In this document: positions 9,442 to 18,683 of the stretch, one piece after another | How the letters are laid out: each line of letters begins with the position of its first letter | Position numbering within the stretch: position 1 is the first letter of the stretch | NCBI GenBank assembly: GCA_965219845.1 | Contig: CBDCOP010000006.1 | Span: 496,005 to 560,004, forward strand | Reading direction: 5' to 3' | Length of the DNA stretch: 64,000 nt | From: Dehalococcoidia bacterium | GTDB lineage: Bacteria > Chloroflexota > Dehalococcoidia > Lucifugimonadales > Australimonadaceae | The notes under the pieces: generated by a model | The model's input: the letters and a program-made list of their open reading frames with translations, nothing else | Told to the model about the DNA's origin: nothing | Databases searched by the model: none | Translations under genes and position numbers: made by a program

Positions 9442-10664
9442 GCCTTTACGCCCACGCGTTTCTCGAATGCGGAGACGGTGCCCTCGATGAGGATGGGGTT
9501 CACCACGTCGCTCACTATCTCCGTGGTCTTGAGCCCGTTCCCGGTGATGTAGACAACGGTCGGCTCGTCCGGCTGGATCTCGCCGCGCTCCACGAGGCGC
9601 TTCAGCCCGGCGATGGCAACGCCGCCCGCGCCCTCCGTGAAGATACCCTCCGTCTGCGCGAGGAGCTTGATCCCCTCCGCGACCTCGTGCTCCTCCGCGA
9701 TGACCGCGGAGCCGCCGGATGCTTCGATCGTCTTGAGCGCGTAGTAGCCGTCGGCCGGGTTGCCGATGCCGAGCGACTTCGCGATGGTGGCGGGCTTCAC
9801 GGGGCGGATCACGAAGCGTCCCTCTTCATAGGCGGTGGCGATGGGCGAGCAGCCGCGCGCCTGCGCGCAGTGCATCCGCGTCTCCACCGGGCCGATGATG
9901 CCGGTCTGCTCGAACTCTTTCAGCCCCTGGTAGATCTTGGTGAACATCGCTCCGGATGCCGACGGGGCTATGGCGTGCGCCGGAGCGCGCCAGCCCAACT
10001 GCTCCGCGACCTCGTAGCCGAGCGTCTTGCTGCCGTCGGCGTAGAAGGGGCGTACGTTGATGTTGACGAATGCCCACTGGTACTGATCGGCCAGTTCACT
10101 GCAGAGGCGGTTTACGTCGTCGTAGCTGCCGTCGACCGCGATCATGGTCGGGTTGTAGATGGCCGCACCCAGCACCTTGCCCGCCTCCAGGTCCGACGGG
10201 ATGAAGACGTAGGCCGTCATGCCCGCGCGAGCCGCGTGCGCAGCCACGGAGCAGGCGAGGTTGCCGGTGGAGGCGCAGGCAAGCGTCTCGAAACCGAGTT
10301 CCAGCGCCTTGGCTGAGGCGACTGCGACGACCCGGTCCTTGAATGAATAGGAAGGGTTGACGCTGTCGTTCTTGATCCACAGTTCCTCGAGGCCGAGGAG
10401 CTTCGCGAGGCCGTGTGAACGGATGAGCGGCGTGAACCCTGCGTTGATGTCCACGAGCGGGTTGTATTCGGTTGGCAGGAAATCGGCGTAGCGCCAGAGG
10501 CTGTTGGGGCCGGACATGATGCGCTCCCTGCTGGCGATGTCCGCGATGGCATTGAGGTCGTAAACGACTTCGAGCGGCCCGAAGCAGAAATCACAGACGT
10601 TGAAAGCGCCGATGGGGTACTCGCGGGAGCATTCCTTACAGCGCAGGGCGGCGACGTTCACCAT
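9438..10664 (-). CDS. Threonine-synthase-family PLP enzyme (ThrC or ThrC-like homocysteine-forming enzyme)
   Basis: N-terminal Cys4 zinc ribbon (CKEC...CDFC), PLP-lysine motif SFKDR, full-length ThrC fold. Stop overlaps the NIL gene start. Confidence 0.9.
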   Translation of the reverse strand: MVNVAALRCKECSREYPIGAFNVCDFCFGPLEVVYDLNAIADIASRERIMSGPNSLWRYADFLPTEYNPLVDINAGFTPLIRSHGLAKLLGLEELWIKNDSVNPSYSFKDRVVAVASAKALELGFETLACASTGNLACSVAAHAARAGMTAYVFIPSDLEAGKVLGAAIYNPTMIAVDGSYDDVNRLCSELADQYQWAFVNINVRPFYADGSKTLGYEVAEQLGWRAPAHAIAPSASGAMFTKIYQGLKEFEQTGIIGPVETRMHCAQARGCSPIATAYEEGRFVIRPVKPATIAKSLGIGNPADGYYALKTIEASGGSAVIAEEHEVAEGIKLLAQTEGIFTEGAGGVAIAGLKRLVERGEIQPDEPTVVYITGNGLKTTEIVSDVVNPILIEGTVSAFEKRVGVKA

Positions 10665-10833
10665 GTGGCAACCTCCTGCGTGCGATGCATCACGCGCGCG
10701 GCGGTTCGCCTACTCCGCGCGCGCTGTCCCGTATATCGTGCCGTTGAAGGCCATGGGAGCGCATCTCGCACACTCGTAACAGCGTAGCACTCAGAGGCGC
10801 CGAGCGTCAAAGGCGTAGCGGCGCGCCGGCCTG

Positions 10834-11240
10834 CTAGCCGCCGCTCTGCCAGAGCCTCCGCCCTGTGGTGGCGAGGACGATAGAAATCATCACGGCGACG
10901 AAGTCCCAGATGACGTCGATGGGCACACTGGCGGATGCGCCCTCGTCCAGGGCCAGCAGGTATATCCAGTTCCGGAAGTACCAGATGGCGAGCACCGCAC
11001 TGGCGTAGAACAGTACGTGTGCGCCCAGCCGTGCGATGGTGACCGGCTCCCCGCCCGACTGCGAGCGCATGTGCGCGAAGTTCGTCGCGAGTGCGATCAG
11101 GATGGCCAGTGCGGAGACGTAGTTCATCACGTCCCACACCGGCTGCGGGTTGTCGTAGAGCGTGCTGAAGAGGAACTGCGCCAGGTACAACCCGCGTATG
11201 CCATCATCAGCCCACCGACCACTCGCCAGACCATCGACAT
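10834..11240 (-). CDS. Small integral membrane protein (frame break at about 11191-11193)
   Basis: Hydrophobic ORF. ATG 11240 (GGAG 10 nt upstream) opens MSMVWRVVGGLMMAYAG in another frame. One extra G in the GGG run would join it to LYLAQFLF.... As given, TTG 11190 or ATG 11127 would be the start. Confidence 0.5.
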
Positions 11241-11314
11241 GACAACAAGCTCCTGCGGTACGTTTATGCAGCCGTATGGGCGGCAGTATAGGCTGAGCGC
11301 AAGGAGGCCTGGCG

Positions 11315-12160
11315 ATGGCAGACGAGAAGGGCGTCGTGCTGATTACCGGGGCGTCGAGTGGCATAGGGATGGCTACGGCGCTCTACATGGCGGAGCGCGG
11401 CTACCGCGTGGTCGGGACCAGCCGCGTGAAGGAACGGCTCGCGGGTCTGGAGGTGGAAGCCGCCCGGCGGAGCCTGCCCGTCGCTGGAGTGGAACTCGAC
11501 ATCAACAACGAGGCCGGCCTCGCGGATGCGCTGGCCGCTGTCGTGGCGGAGCACGGCCCCGTCAGCGTGCTCGTCAACAACGCCGGCTATGGCCTGTTCG
11601 GGCCAGTCCAGACACTTACAACGGACGAACTGCGCGCGCAGTTCGAGACCAACGTCTTCGCCGTGGCGCGCCTCATCCGCGCAGTGCTGCCCGGCATGAT
11701 CGACCGTGGCGCAGGGACCATCGTGAACGTGAGTTCCATCCTCGGCCGCATCGGCGCGCCTTACCACGGGGCCTATGCCTCCTCCAAATTCGCGCTCGAA
11801 GGCCTGAGCGAATCGCTGCGGACGGAGCTGTGGCCGCTGGGCGTGCGGGTTGCGCTCGTCGAGCCTGGCCTCTTCCGCACAGCGTTTTCGGACAATCAGG
11901 CCATGGCTGCTGGCATCGAGTCGGATGACGGCGCCCCCTATGACCGCTACGTCCGTCGCTACCGGAGCAGGGTCCGCGGGGCGTTCGAACGGGCCCGGGA
12001 CCCTGTCCTCGTCGCAAAGGCTATCCACGGCATAGCCCGCTCCCGCCGTCCCCGCTTCCGCTATCCGGTCGGCATCGACTCGCGCTTCGGCACCCTGGGC
12101 GCGCGGCTGCTTCCGGAACGCGTCTTCCTCTCGCTCCTGGGCTGGGCGACCCGTCGCTAG
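11315..12160 (+). CDS. Short-chain dehydrogenase/reductase (classical SDR)
   Basis: TGASSGIG cofactor motif, NNAG, and catalytic YxxxK (YASSKFALEG). Confidence 0.9.
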   Translation: MADEKGVVLITGASSGIGMATALYMAERGYRVVGTSRVKERLAGLEVEAARRSLPVAGVELDINNEAGLADALAAVVAEHGPVSVLVNNAGYGLFGPVQTLTTDELRAQFETNVFAVARLIRAVLPGMIDRGAGTIVNVSSILGRIGAPYHGAYASSKFALEGLSESLRTELWPLGVRVALVEPGLFRTAFSDNQAMAAGIESDDGAPYDRYVRRYRSRVRGAFERARDPVLVAKAIHGIARSRRPRFRYPVGIDSRFGTLGARLLPERVFLSLLGWATRR

Positions 12161-12266
12161 GTGTAGTTCTCAGACACGTTGTTTACAGTCTCGAGGCGGG
12201 CGGGACCCGGCCGATGCCGCTGTGGGGTGGGCGCGGCTGGGCGTCGCTTCTCTCTTCCTGCGGGGG

Positions 12267-12406
12267 GAGAGAGTGAGGGCTCTCCGGGGGCTGGGCCGTG
12301 TGAAGCGGGGGCCGAGTGCTCCCTCTCCCGATGGCGGGAGAGGGTTGGGGTGAGGGTTGGCGGGGCGCGGGGCATGCGTCCGTCCCTTGTTCGGAGCATC
12401 CCTAGC
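12267..12406. repeat. ~140-bp intergenic repeat with a 9-bp-stem hairpin core (CCCTCTCCC-gatggc-GGGAGAGGG) followed by GGGGTGAGGGTTGGCGG
   Basis: Near-identical second copy at 34808-34946. Shorter relatives at 21030-21103, 25461-25510 and 53374-53434. Confidence 0.85.
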
Positions 12407-12435
12407 CGTGCACGCAGACGCGCCGCAAGCCAAGG

Positions 12436-12498
12436 GTTGATAACACTTTACTCAAGTTTGCTATACGTTTGATATACTATGAGTAAGACAGACTACTC
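12436..12498 (+). promoter_or_regulatory. AT-rich promoter/operator region upstream of cbpA-hspR-clpC with HAIR-like half-sites
   Basis: An exact ACTCAAG half-site (12450-12456) follows gTTGAta-N7. Inverted TTACTCA (12448-12454) and TGAGTAA (12480-12486). Two TTGATA hexamers and TATACT are present. Confidence 0.4.
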
Positions 12499-12508
12499 CC
12501 GCTGAGCA

Positions 12509-13435
12509 ATGCAGATGGCGAAGAACTACTACGACACGCTGGGCGTCGCGAAGAACGCCACCGAGAAGGAGATACGCTCCGCGTACCGCCGTCTCGCGCG
12601 CCGGCACCACCCGGACGTGAACCACGGCGACAGCAGCGCCGAGGCAAAGTTCAAGGAGATAAACGAGGCGTACCAGGTGCTCTCGGACGCTGACTCTCGG
12701 AACAAGTACGACCGGTTCGGCGACAACTGGCGGCATGCCGACCAGATGCCGGATGGAAGCCCAGGGTCGGGTGCGTCCCCGTTCACCTTCTTCACCAACG
12801 CGCGCACGCGCCGTGGCGGTTCGACAGGATTCAGCACGTTCACCGACGTTGGCGGCTTCGGCGACCTTGGCGGCATCTTCGAGGGGTTCGCCGGCATGGG
12901 CGGAGGTCCACAAAGGGCTGCGCCCCGGCGGTTGGAGGTGCCGGTGACCATCACGCTGGAAGAGGCGTTCGCCGGCGCGGCGCGTACCGTGCTGCACCCC
13001 TCCGGCAAGCGCCTGGAGGTGCGCATCCCGTCTGGCGTTGAGAGCGGCGCACGGATACACGTGGACCCGAAACGCGACGGCGTGGACGAGTTCTACCTCG
13101 CCGTCACCGTTGCGCCGCACGCCGTGTTCGAGCGTGCGGGCGATGACGTGCGCTTCACCGCGCGTGTGCCGCTGCTGGACGCGGTGCTTGGCGGTGAGAC
13201 GGAAGCGCCGTCCCTGGGTGGCAAGAGCATCGCGGTGCGCATCCCGCCGGGAACGCAGAACGGACGCGTGATACGCCTGCGCGGGAAGGGCATGCTGAAG
13301 CGGAGTGGCGGCGGGCACGGCGACATGCTCGTGACGGTGATGGCGATGCTGCCGGTGGAACTGACGCCCGAGCAGCGCGAACTGTTCGAGAGGCTGCGCG
13401 ACGCCGAGCACAACGCGCAGCAGGCTGGAGTGTAA
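12509..13435 (+). CDS. cbpA: DnaJ-class co-chaperone without zinc-finger domain (CbpA-like)
   Basis: J-domain YYDTLGV...HHPDVN, G/F-rich linker, C-terminal DnaJ_C domains; no CxxCxGxG repeats. Confidence 0.88.
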   Translation: MQMAKNYYDTLGVAKNATEKEIRSAYRRLARRHHPDVNHGDSSAEAKFKEINEAYQVLSDADSRNKYDRFGDNWRHADQMPDGSPGSGASPFTFFTNARTRRGGSTGFSTFTDVGGFGDLGGIFEGFAGMGGGPQRAAPRRLEVPVTITLEEAFAGAARTVLHPSGKRLEVRIPSGVESGARIHVDPKRDGVDEFYLAVTVAPHAVFERAGDDVRFTARVPLLDAVLGGETEAPSLGGKSIAVRIPPGTQNGRVIRLRGKGMLKRSGGGHGDMLVTVMAMLPVELTPEQRELFERLRDAEHNAQQAGV

Positions 13436-13469
13436 AGAGGTACGCGGTGATGTGGAGGAGGGATAGAGC

Positions 13470-13820
13470 ATGATGGAGCGAACGGTGGTCACGGAGGCGT
13501 GGAGCTTGGCCTCCAGCCGGGACAGCGTGAACGACAACGAGCCTTGCTACGTCATCAGCGTCGCGTCCCGCATGGTGGGCGTGCATGCGCAGACGCTCCG
13601 CACGTACGAGCGCATCGGGCTGCTTGCCCCGGCGCGCTCCCGGGGAAACATACGCATGTTCTCTCCGGCGGACATCTCACGGGCGCGTTGGATCAAGTCG
13701 CTCATGGAGGACCTGGGCATCAACCTCGCGGGCGTGGAGGTGCTGATGCGCATGCAGGCGCGGCTGGTCGAGCTGGAGCGCCAGGTACGCAGTTTGGAGG
13801 AACGCCTGGGCAGCCGCTGA
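13470..13820 (+). CDS. hspR: MerR-family heat-shock repressor HspR
   Basis: The pattern YVISVASRMVGVHAQTLRTYERIGLL...R.FS..D is a MerR HTH. Its position downstream of a dnaJ-class gene matches known hspR operons. Confidence 0.85.
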   Translation: MMERTVVTEAWSLASSRDSVNDNEPCYVISVASRMVGVHAQTLRTYERIGLLAPARSRGNIRMFSPADISRARWIKSLMEDLGINLAGVEVLMRMQARLVELERQVRSLEERLGSR

Positions 13821-13854
13821 CGCGGCGCTGCCGGGGCTGATCGGAGTATTCGCC

Positions 13855-16305
13855 ATGGTGTTCAAACAGGAAGATTTCACTGAACAGGCGCAGGCCGTCA
13901 TCGGGGCGAGCTACGAGATCGTCCGCAGGTTCCGCCACTCGCAGTGGGACGTGGAGCACGTGATGCTCGCACTGCTGGAGAGCGGAGACTCCGTGCCCGC
14001 GCGCATACTGAACGGCTTGGGTGTCAACGTGGACCGCACCCGCGGCGAACTGGAGCTCGTGCTGAAGAAGACGCCCCAGCTTGCGCACGAGTCCAACCAA
14101 CTGCACCCCACCCCGCGCGCGCTCGCCGTCCTGCAGGCGGCCAGGGACGAGGCGGAACGCTTGCACGACGAGCACATCGCCACCGAACACCTCTTCCTCG
14201 CCATCCTCTCCGACGAGCGTGGAGAGGCCGCGCGCATCTTGATGGACCACGGTGTCACCAAGGAGCGCGTCTACCAGGCGCTCGTGAACGTGCGCGGCGG
14301 ACATCGCGTTACCGACCCACGCGCCGAGAACCGCTACCAGGCGCTGGAGCGCTACACGATCGACCTGACCGCGCTCGCCCGTGAAGGGAAACTCGACCCC
14401 GTCGTGGGGCGCATGGCGGAGATACGCCGCGTGATGCAGACCCTCACCCGCCGCACGAAGGACAACCCGGTCATCATCGGAGGGGCGGGGGTCGGCAAGA
14501 CCGCGATCGCGGAAGGGCTTGCGCAGCGCATCGTCGCGGGCGACGTACCGGAGTCGCTGCGGGACAAGCGCGTGCTCGCGCTGGACATGGCCGGTCTGGT
14601 CGCCGGGGCGAAGTTCCGCGGCGAGTTCGAGGAGCGGCTGAAGTCGGTGATCGACGAGATGAAGGAGGCGCGCCGGGAGGTCGTGCTCTTCATCGACGAG
14701 CTGCACACCATGGTGGGCGCCGGAGCCGGAGAGGGCGGGCTGGACGCGGCGAACATCATGAAACCCGCGCTTGCGCGCGGCGAGCTGCAGGTGATCGGCG
14801 CGACGACGCCTGACGAGTACCGCAGGTACATCGAGAAGGACGCCGCGCTGGAGCGCCGTTTCCAGACGATCTGGCTGGAGGAGCCCACGGTCGAGCAGGC
14901 CATCGAGATACTGCGCGGGCTGCGCCCCCGCTACGAGGCGCATCACAAGGTGCAGCTGGACGACAGTGCCCTCGTCGCGGCGGCGCAGTTGAGCGCTCGC
15001 TACATATCGGGCCGCAACATGCCCGACAAGGCCGTGGACCTGATAGACGAGGCGGCGGCCAAGCTCCGGCTGGATGTGGAGAGCCTGCCGCCGGAACTCA
15101 CCGCGCGCGGGCATTTGATACGCGACCTGTTGGAGCAGGAGGAGTCGGCAGCGCAGCGCAGCGACTACGAAGCGGCCGCTCAGCTCAAGGTGGAGCGCGT
15201 GCGGAAGGAGGAGGACTTCAACCGCGACCGCAGCGAATTCCTCGGACGCGACCACACCGACCTCGTGGTGCGCGCAGATGACATCGCCTCCCTCATCGCG
15301 ACGTGGACGGGCATCCCTTCCACGCGCCTGATGGAGGAGGAGGCGGTGCGCCTGCTGCACTTGGAGGACCGTCTTCATGAGCGGGTCGTCGGCCAGCACG
15401 ACGCGGTCGTCGCCGTGGCGGACGCCATACGCCGCGCTCGCGCCGGTCTGCGGGACGAGAAGCGTCCGGTAGGCTCTTTCATGTTTCTCGGCCCGACAGG
15501 CGTCGGGAAGACGGAACTCGCGCGGGCGCTTGCGGAATCCCTGTTCGACGACGAGGAGAACATGGTGCGCGTGGACATGTCCGAGTTCGCGGAGCGGCAC
15601 ACCGTCTCCCGCCTCATCGGCGCGCCGCCCGGCTACGTCGGCTACGACGAGGCAGGGCAGTTGACCGAGGCGATACGTCGCAGGCCGTTCCGTGTCGTGC
15701 TGTTCGACGAGATCGAGAAGGGGCACCCGGACGTGTTCAACGTCATGCTCCAGGTGCTGGAGGACGGGCGGCTGACGGACGGCCACGGGCGCACCGTCGA
15801 CTTCAGCCACACCATCATCATCATGACCAGCAACATCGGCACGGCTGAGTTCAGCAAAGGAGGCATCGGCTTCCGCGCAGGGCAGCCGACGACCGAGGAA
15901 GAACGCCACCGCAGGGCAGTGATGGATGCGCTCAGGAAGCACTTCACTCCCGAGTTCTTGAACCGCGTCGACGAGTACATCGTCTTCCACCCGCTCACCC
16001 GCGAGGAGCTGCACGAGATCATCGACCTGATGGTGCGTGAAGTACAGAAACGTCTGGAGGAGCGTTCGATCACGATCCACCTGACGGATGCTGCCAAGGG
16101 CTGGCTGGAGGACGAGGGGTTCGACCCGGTCTACGGCGCCCGCCCCCTGCGGCGTGCGGTGGAGCGCCACGTGGAGAACGTCGTCGCCCGGGGCATCCTC
16201 GGCGGCGAGTACGTGGACGGCGACACCATCACCGTGGACGCGGGCGACGGTGGCCTCACCTTCGCCCGCGCGCCCGTTGCCGAGCCTGCAGCAGCAGGGG
16301 TGTAG
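13855..16305 (+). CDS. clpC: Hsp100/Clp AAA+ chaperone, ClpC-type (short M-domain, IGF-like loop)
   Basis: Two AAA+ modules ([16 protein letters not shown]). ~75-aa middle region containing a UVR-like DYEAAAQLK motif. GIGF loop after NBD2. 816 aa. Confidence 0.85.
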   Translation: MVFKQEDFTEQAQAVIGASYEIVRRFRHSQWDVEHVMLALLESGDSVPARILNGLGVNVDRTRGELELVLKKTPQLAHESNQLHPTPRALAVLQAARDEAERLHDEHIATEHLFLAILSDERGEAARILMDHGVTKERVYQALVNVRGGHRVTDPRAENRYQALERYTIDLTALAREGKLDPVVGRMAEIRRVMQTLTRRTKDNPVIIGGAGVGKTAIAEGLAQRIVAGDVPESLRDKRVLALDMAGLVAGAKFRGEFEERLKSVIDEMKEARREVVLFIDELHTMVGAGAGEGGLDAANIMKPALARGELQVIGATTPDEYRRYIEKDAALERRFQTIWLEEPTVEQAIEILRGLRPRYEAHHKVQLDDSALVAAAQLSARYISGRNMPDKAVDLIDEAAAKLRLDVESLPPELTARGHLIRDLLEQEESAAQRSDYEAAAQLKVERVRKEEDFNRDRSEFLGRDHTDLVVRADDIASLIATWTGIPSTRLMEEEAVRLLHLEDRLHERVVGQHDAVVAVADAIRRARAGLRDEKRPVGSFMFLGPTGVGKTELARALAESLFDDEENMVRVDMSEFAERHTVSRLIGAPPGYVGYDEAGQLTEAIRRRPFRVVLFDEIEKGHPDVFNVMLQVLEDGRLTDGHGRTVDFSHTIIIMTSNIGTAEFSKGGIGFRAGQPTTEEERHRRAVMDALRKHFTPEFLNRVDEYIVFHPLTREELHEIIDLMVREVQKRLEERSITIHLTDAAKGWLEDEGFDPVYGARPLRRAVERHVENVVARGILGGEYVDGDTITVDAGDGGLTFARAPVAEPAAAGV

Positions 16306-16470
16306 GTGACGGACGGCCCCCGGCATTCTGCCCTACGACTACCTCACCCCTCGGAGCGGACAGCGTGAACGCTGGCTTGGAGATGGCGAGCAACGTCACG
16401 AAGGCGCATCGGCATAGCCCCGACGCGCACCTCGTGATTCTCGGCGGCGAGGGCTTCTCGCTAAAGAAGC

Positions 16471-18561
16471 CTACGGACCGAGGCCGAGAATCTCCGTGTG
16501 GTTGAGAGGGTAGACCTCCTTCTCGCTCCCCGGCGGGTTGGGCTCCTTCTCTTGTCCGATGCCTCCTACCAGCAGGACACGTCCGTCGGGCAGCAGCGTT
16601 GCCGTATGTTCGTAGCGTGGTTCGGCAAGCTCGGGGCCTTCCATCCAGGTATCGGTAGCCGGGTCGAATATCTCCGTCGTCGCGATGAGGTTCAGTTCGG
16701 AAGTGTATTCGAAGGGATTGCCCGGATCGAGGCCGCCCGTTGCCAGCACACGCCCATCTCGTAGCAGTGTGAGCGTGTGTCCTGTGCGGATGCGGGAGAC
16801 GGGCCCGGTGAATGCAGTTGTGCCTGAAGCGACGTCATGGACCGTTGACACGGAGTGGCATGGGTCAGGGATGAGCAGGTCGGCTTGCTCGGGGAAACCG
16901 GCGTTGCACAGGTCTGGTGAAGAATTGTGGAGGCTTTCAGCCTCCGTTGCCCCGGTGATGAGCAACCTCCCGTCCCGGAGCAGGATTGCAGGCCCCGGCC
17001 GTTGGAGAAAGAAGGCGACTTCGGCCGGGACCGACTCTGGAGTCAGGTCGAGGGGCTCCCACGCATCGGCATCAGGATCATAGATCCAGGTGGCATCCTC
17101 TTCATCAAATGGATCCTCGGGGTGTCCAATCACAAGTGCTCGCCCGTCCGGCAAGGCAAAGATGGACTGCTCAGTGAAGGCGCTCGGCATCGCAGCCTTC
17201 CTGTCCCAGAGTCCGGTCTCCGGGTCGAATACCTCCACCACGTCGGAAGGGTCCGGGGAGTACATGGACGTTTCCAGGTCGACACCCCCGACTGCCAGGA
17301 CGCGGCCATCGGCGAGCAGAACGAGGTTTGGGGCAACTCGCAAGGCCGGTTCACCCGGCAATAGATTCCACGAGTCATCGGCTGGATCGAATAGGCTCGC
17401 GGCGTTGTGTTCCTCCTCTCCCTCGCCGCCAGCGCCGGCACCGGAGAGCAGCACTCTGCCGTCGGCCAGTTTGACCACCGAACTCAACACGGAGTAACCC
17501 TCCAGCGGCTCTATGAAAGTCCACGTCTCCGCTGCCGGATCGTAGACCTGGACGAAGGGAAGAGGGAAAGGGGCGATGAAGTTGTTGTTGGCAACCCCGG
17601 TGGACCCCCCGCTTACGAGAATGCGGCCATCGTCGAGATCAACCGCCTGGTGTGCGAAGAGGTGCATGGCAAACTCGGGCAGGACAACGGGGACCTCCTT
17701 GCCGTGATCGAACAGGCTCAAGGTCGCCGTGAATGTGGCTTCGCCAGAGGTCAGGTTCCCGAAGGCAGTCGTGACGCTCCCGTCGATGGGTAAGCTGCCG
17801 CTCGCTTCTACTTGCAGGAGCAGGCCGTCCTCGACGCCTATCAGGAGCCTGACGTCCCCGTCCATCCGCATGCCGGAACTGCGGCCAAGCTTGCCGGAGA
17901 CGACGTGCGTGTCCACTCCGCTCAGCACTTGGCGGTCTTCGAACCTCGGGTCGTTCTGGTCGAGGAGTGTAGCCAGGTTGACGAAGAAGAGCGCCGTACC
18001 CAGCCCTTCCACTTCGCCCAGCCCCTGCTCCCACTCCTGGGTCGTGGAAGCGCGTGAGAAAACTGCTGGGTAGAGCCCGATGTCGAAGAGCAGCAAGCTC
18101 GACCCGATGGTTTCATCAGGCAATACTGCGGCGATGTCGGCTGATGTGTACACGATGCGGGAGTCCCCGCTGTACGTTATCGGCACCGTGACCGCTCCGC
18201 TGTCCACCGTGAGGTTGAGCGTTACCTGCATGTCGAACGCGAAGCCCTCGGTGACAGTCTTCAGCAGCGCTGCGTCCAGGAGGTCTCGCGGCTGCTCCGG
18301 GGTCGGAGTGGGGGGTAGTGCGGGAGTGGATGTTGGTGTAGCTGTGGGAACAGAAGTCGCGGTGGGTGCAGAAGTGGGGGTTGGAGCGGGAGTGGACGTT
18401 GGTGTAACTGTAGGAACAACAGTCGGGATGGGTGCAAGTGTGGCAGTAGGGATAGCCGTGGCCGTATGCGTTACGGAGGGTGTAGCGGTGGGGGTTTCCC
18501 CGCAGGCGATGCTCGATGCGACGATGAGGACCGCTAACGCTCCGGCGCATGCAACTCGCAT
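16471..18561 (-). CDS. Secreted lipoprotein with PT-rich linker and Kelch-type beta-propeller repeats
   Basis: Lipobox SSIAC, ~70-aa Thr/Pro linker, and at least 7 repeats of the form DGR(V/I/L)L(V/A/L)xGG. Confidence 0.8.
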   Translation of the reverse strand: MRVACAGALAVLIVASSIACGETPTATPSVTHTATAIPTATLAPIPTVVPTVTPTSTPAPTPTSAPTATSVPTATPTSTPALPPTPTPEQPRDLLDAALLKTVTEGFAFDMQVTLNLTVDSGAVTVPITYSGDSRIVYTSADIAAVLPDETIGSSLLLFDIGLYPAVFSRASTTQEWEQGLGEVEGLGTALFFVNLATLLDQNDPRFEDRQVLSGVDTHVVSGKLGRSSGMRMDGDVRLLIGVEDGLLLQVEASGSLPIDGSVTTAFGNLTSGEATFTATLSLFDHGKEVPVVLPEFAMHLFAHQAVDLDDGRILVSGGSTGVANNNFIAPFPLPFVQVYDPAAETWTFIEPLEGYSVLSSVVKLADGRVLLSGAGAGGEGEEEHNAASLFDPADDSWNLLPGEPALRVAPNLVLLADGRVLAVGGVDLETSMYSPDPSDVVEVFDPETGLWDRKAAMPSAFTEQSIFALPDGRALVIGHPEDPFDEEDATWIYDPDADAWEPLDLTPESVPAEVAFFLQRPGPAILLRDGRLLITGATEAESLHNSSPDLCNAGFPEQADLLIPDPCHSVSTVHDVASGTTAFTGPVSRIRTGHTLTLLRDGRVLATGGLDPGNPFEYTSELNLIATTEIFDPATDTWMEGPELAEPRYEHTATLLPDGRVLLVGGIGQEKEPNPPGSEKEVYPLNHTEILGLGP

Positions 18562-18683
18562 CCCACCCCTTTCTGCGACCCCAGGTGGCGTCGTTCGCTG
18601 TGGATGTTGTCTCGCGACCCGGCCAGTCTACACGAATGAGGACGTGCTCCCTGTCCCCTTCCCTCTCGTGGTAACCTGCGCCC

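Noticed and set aside
10665-10833. A SAM-I riboswitch upstream of the thrC-like operon.
   Set aside because: I could not find the conserved SAM-I core sequences by eye, so only generic secondary structure is reported. A covariance-model scan is needed.
12157-12472. ORFs encoding 'SPLPxGEGxGVRV'-type peptides at 12157-12472, 20868-21149 and 34439-35023.
   Set aside because: They are translations of the dispersed hairpin repeats, open in several frames and on both strands. They lie between well-defined genes.
13720-16326. Very long antisense or alternative-frame ORFs. Examples: 13720-16326(-), 3777-5972(-), 24020-25939(-), 26363-28351(+), 39538-40989(-), 46749-47861(-), 48032-49606(-), 51466-53388(-), 56031-57335(-), 57457-59208(+).
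   Set aside because: These are typical shadow ORFs of high-GC DNA. Their translations are Arg/Ala/Pro/Gly-rich with no recognisable motifs. Each overlaps a gene on the other strand or frame that has a clear family signature.
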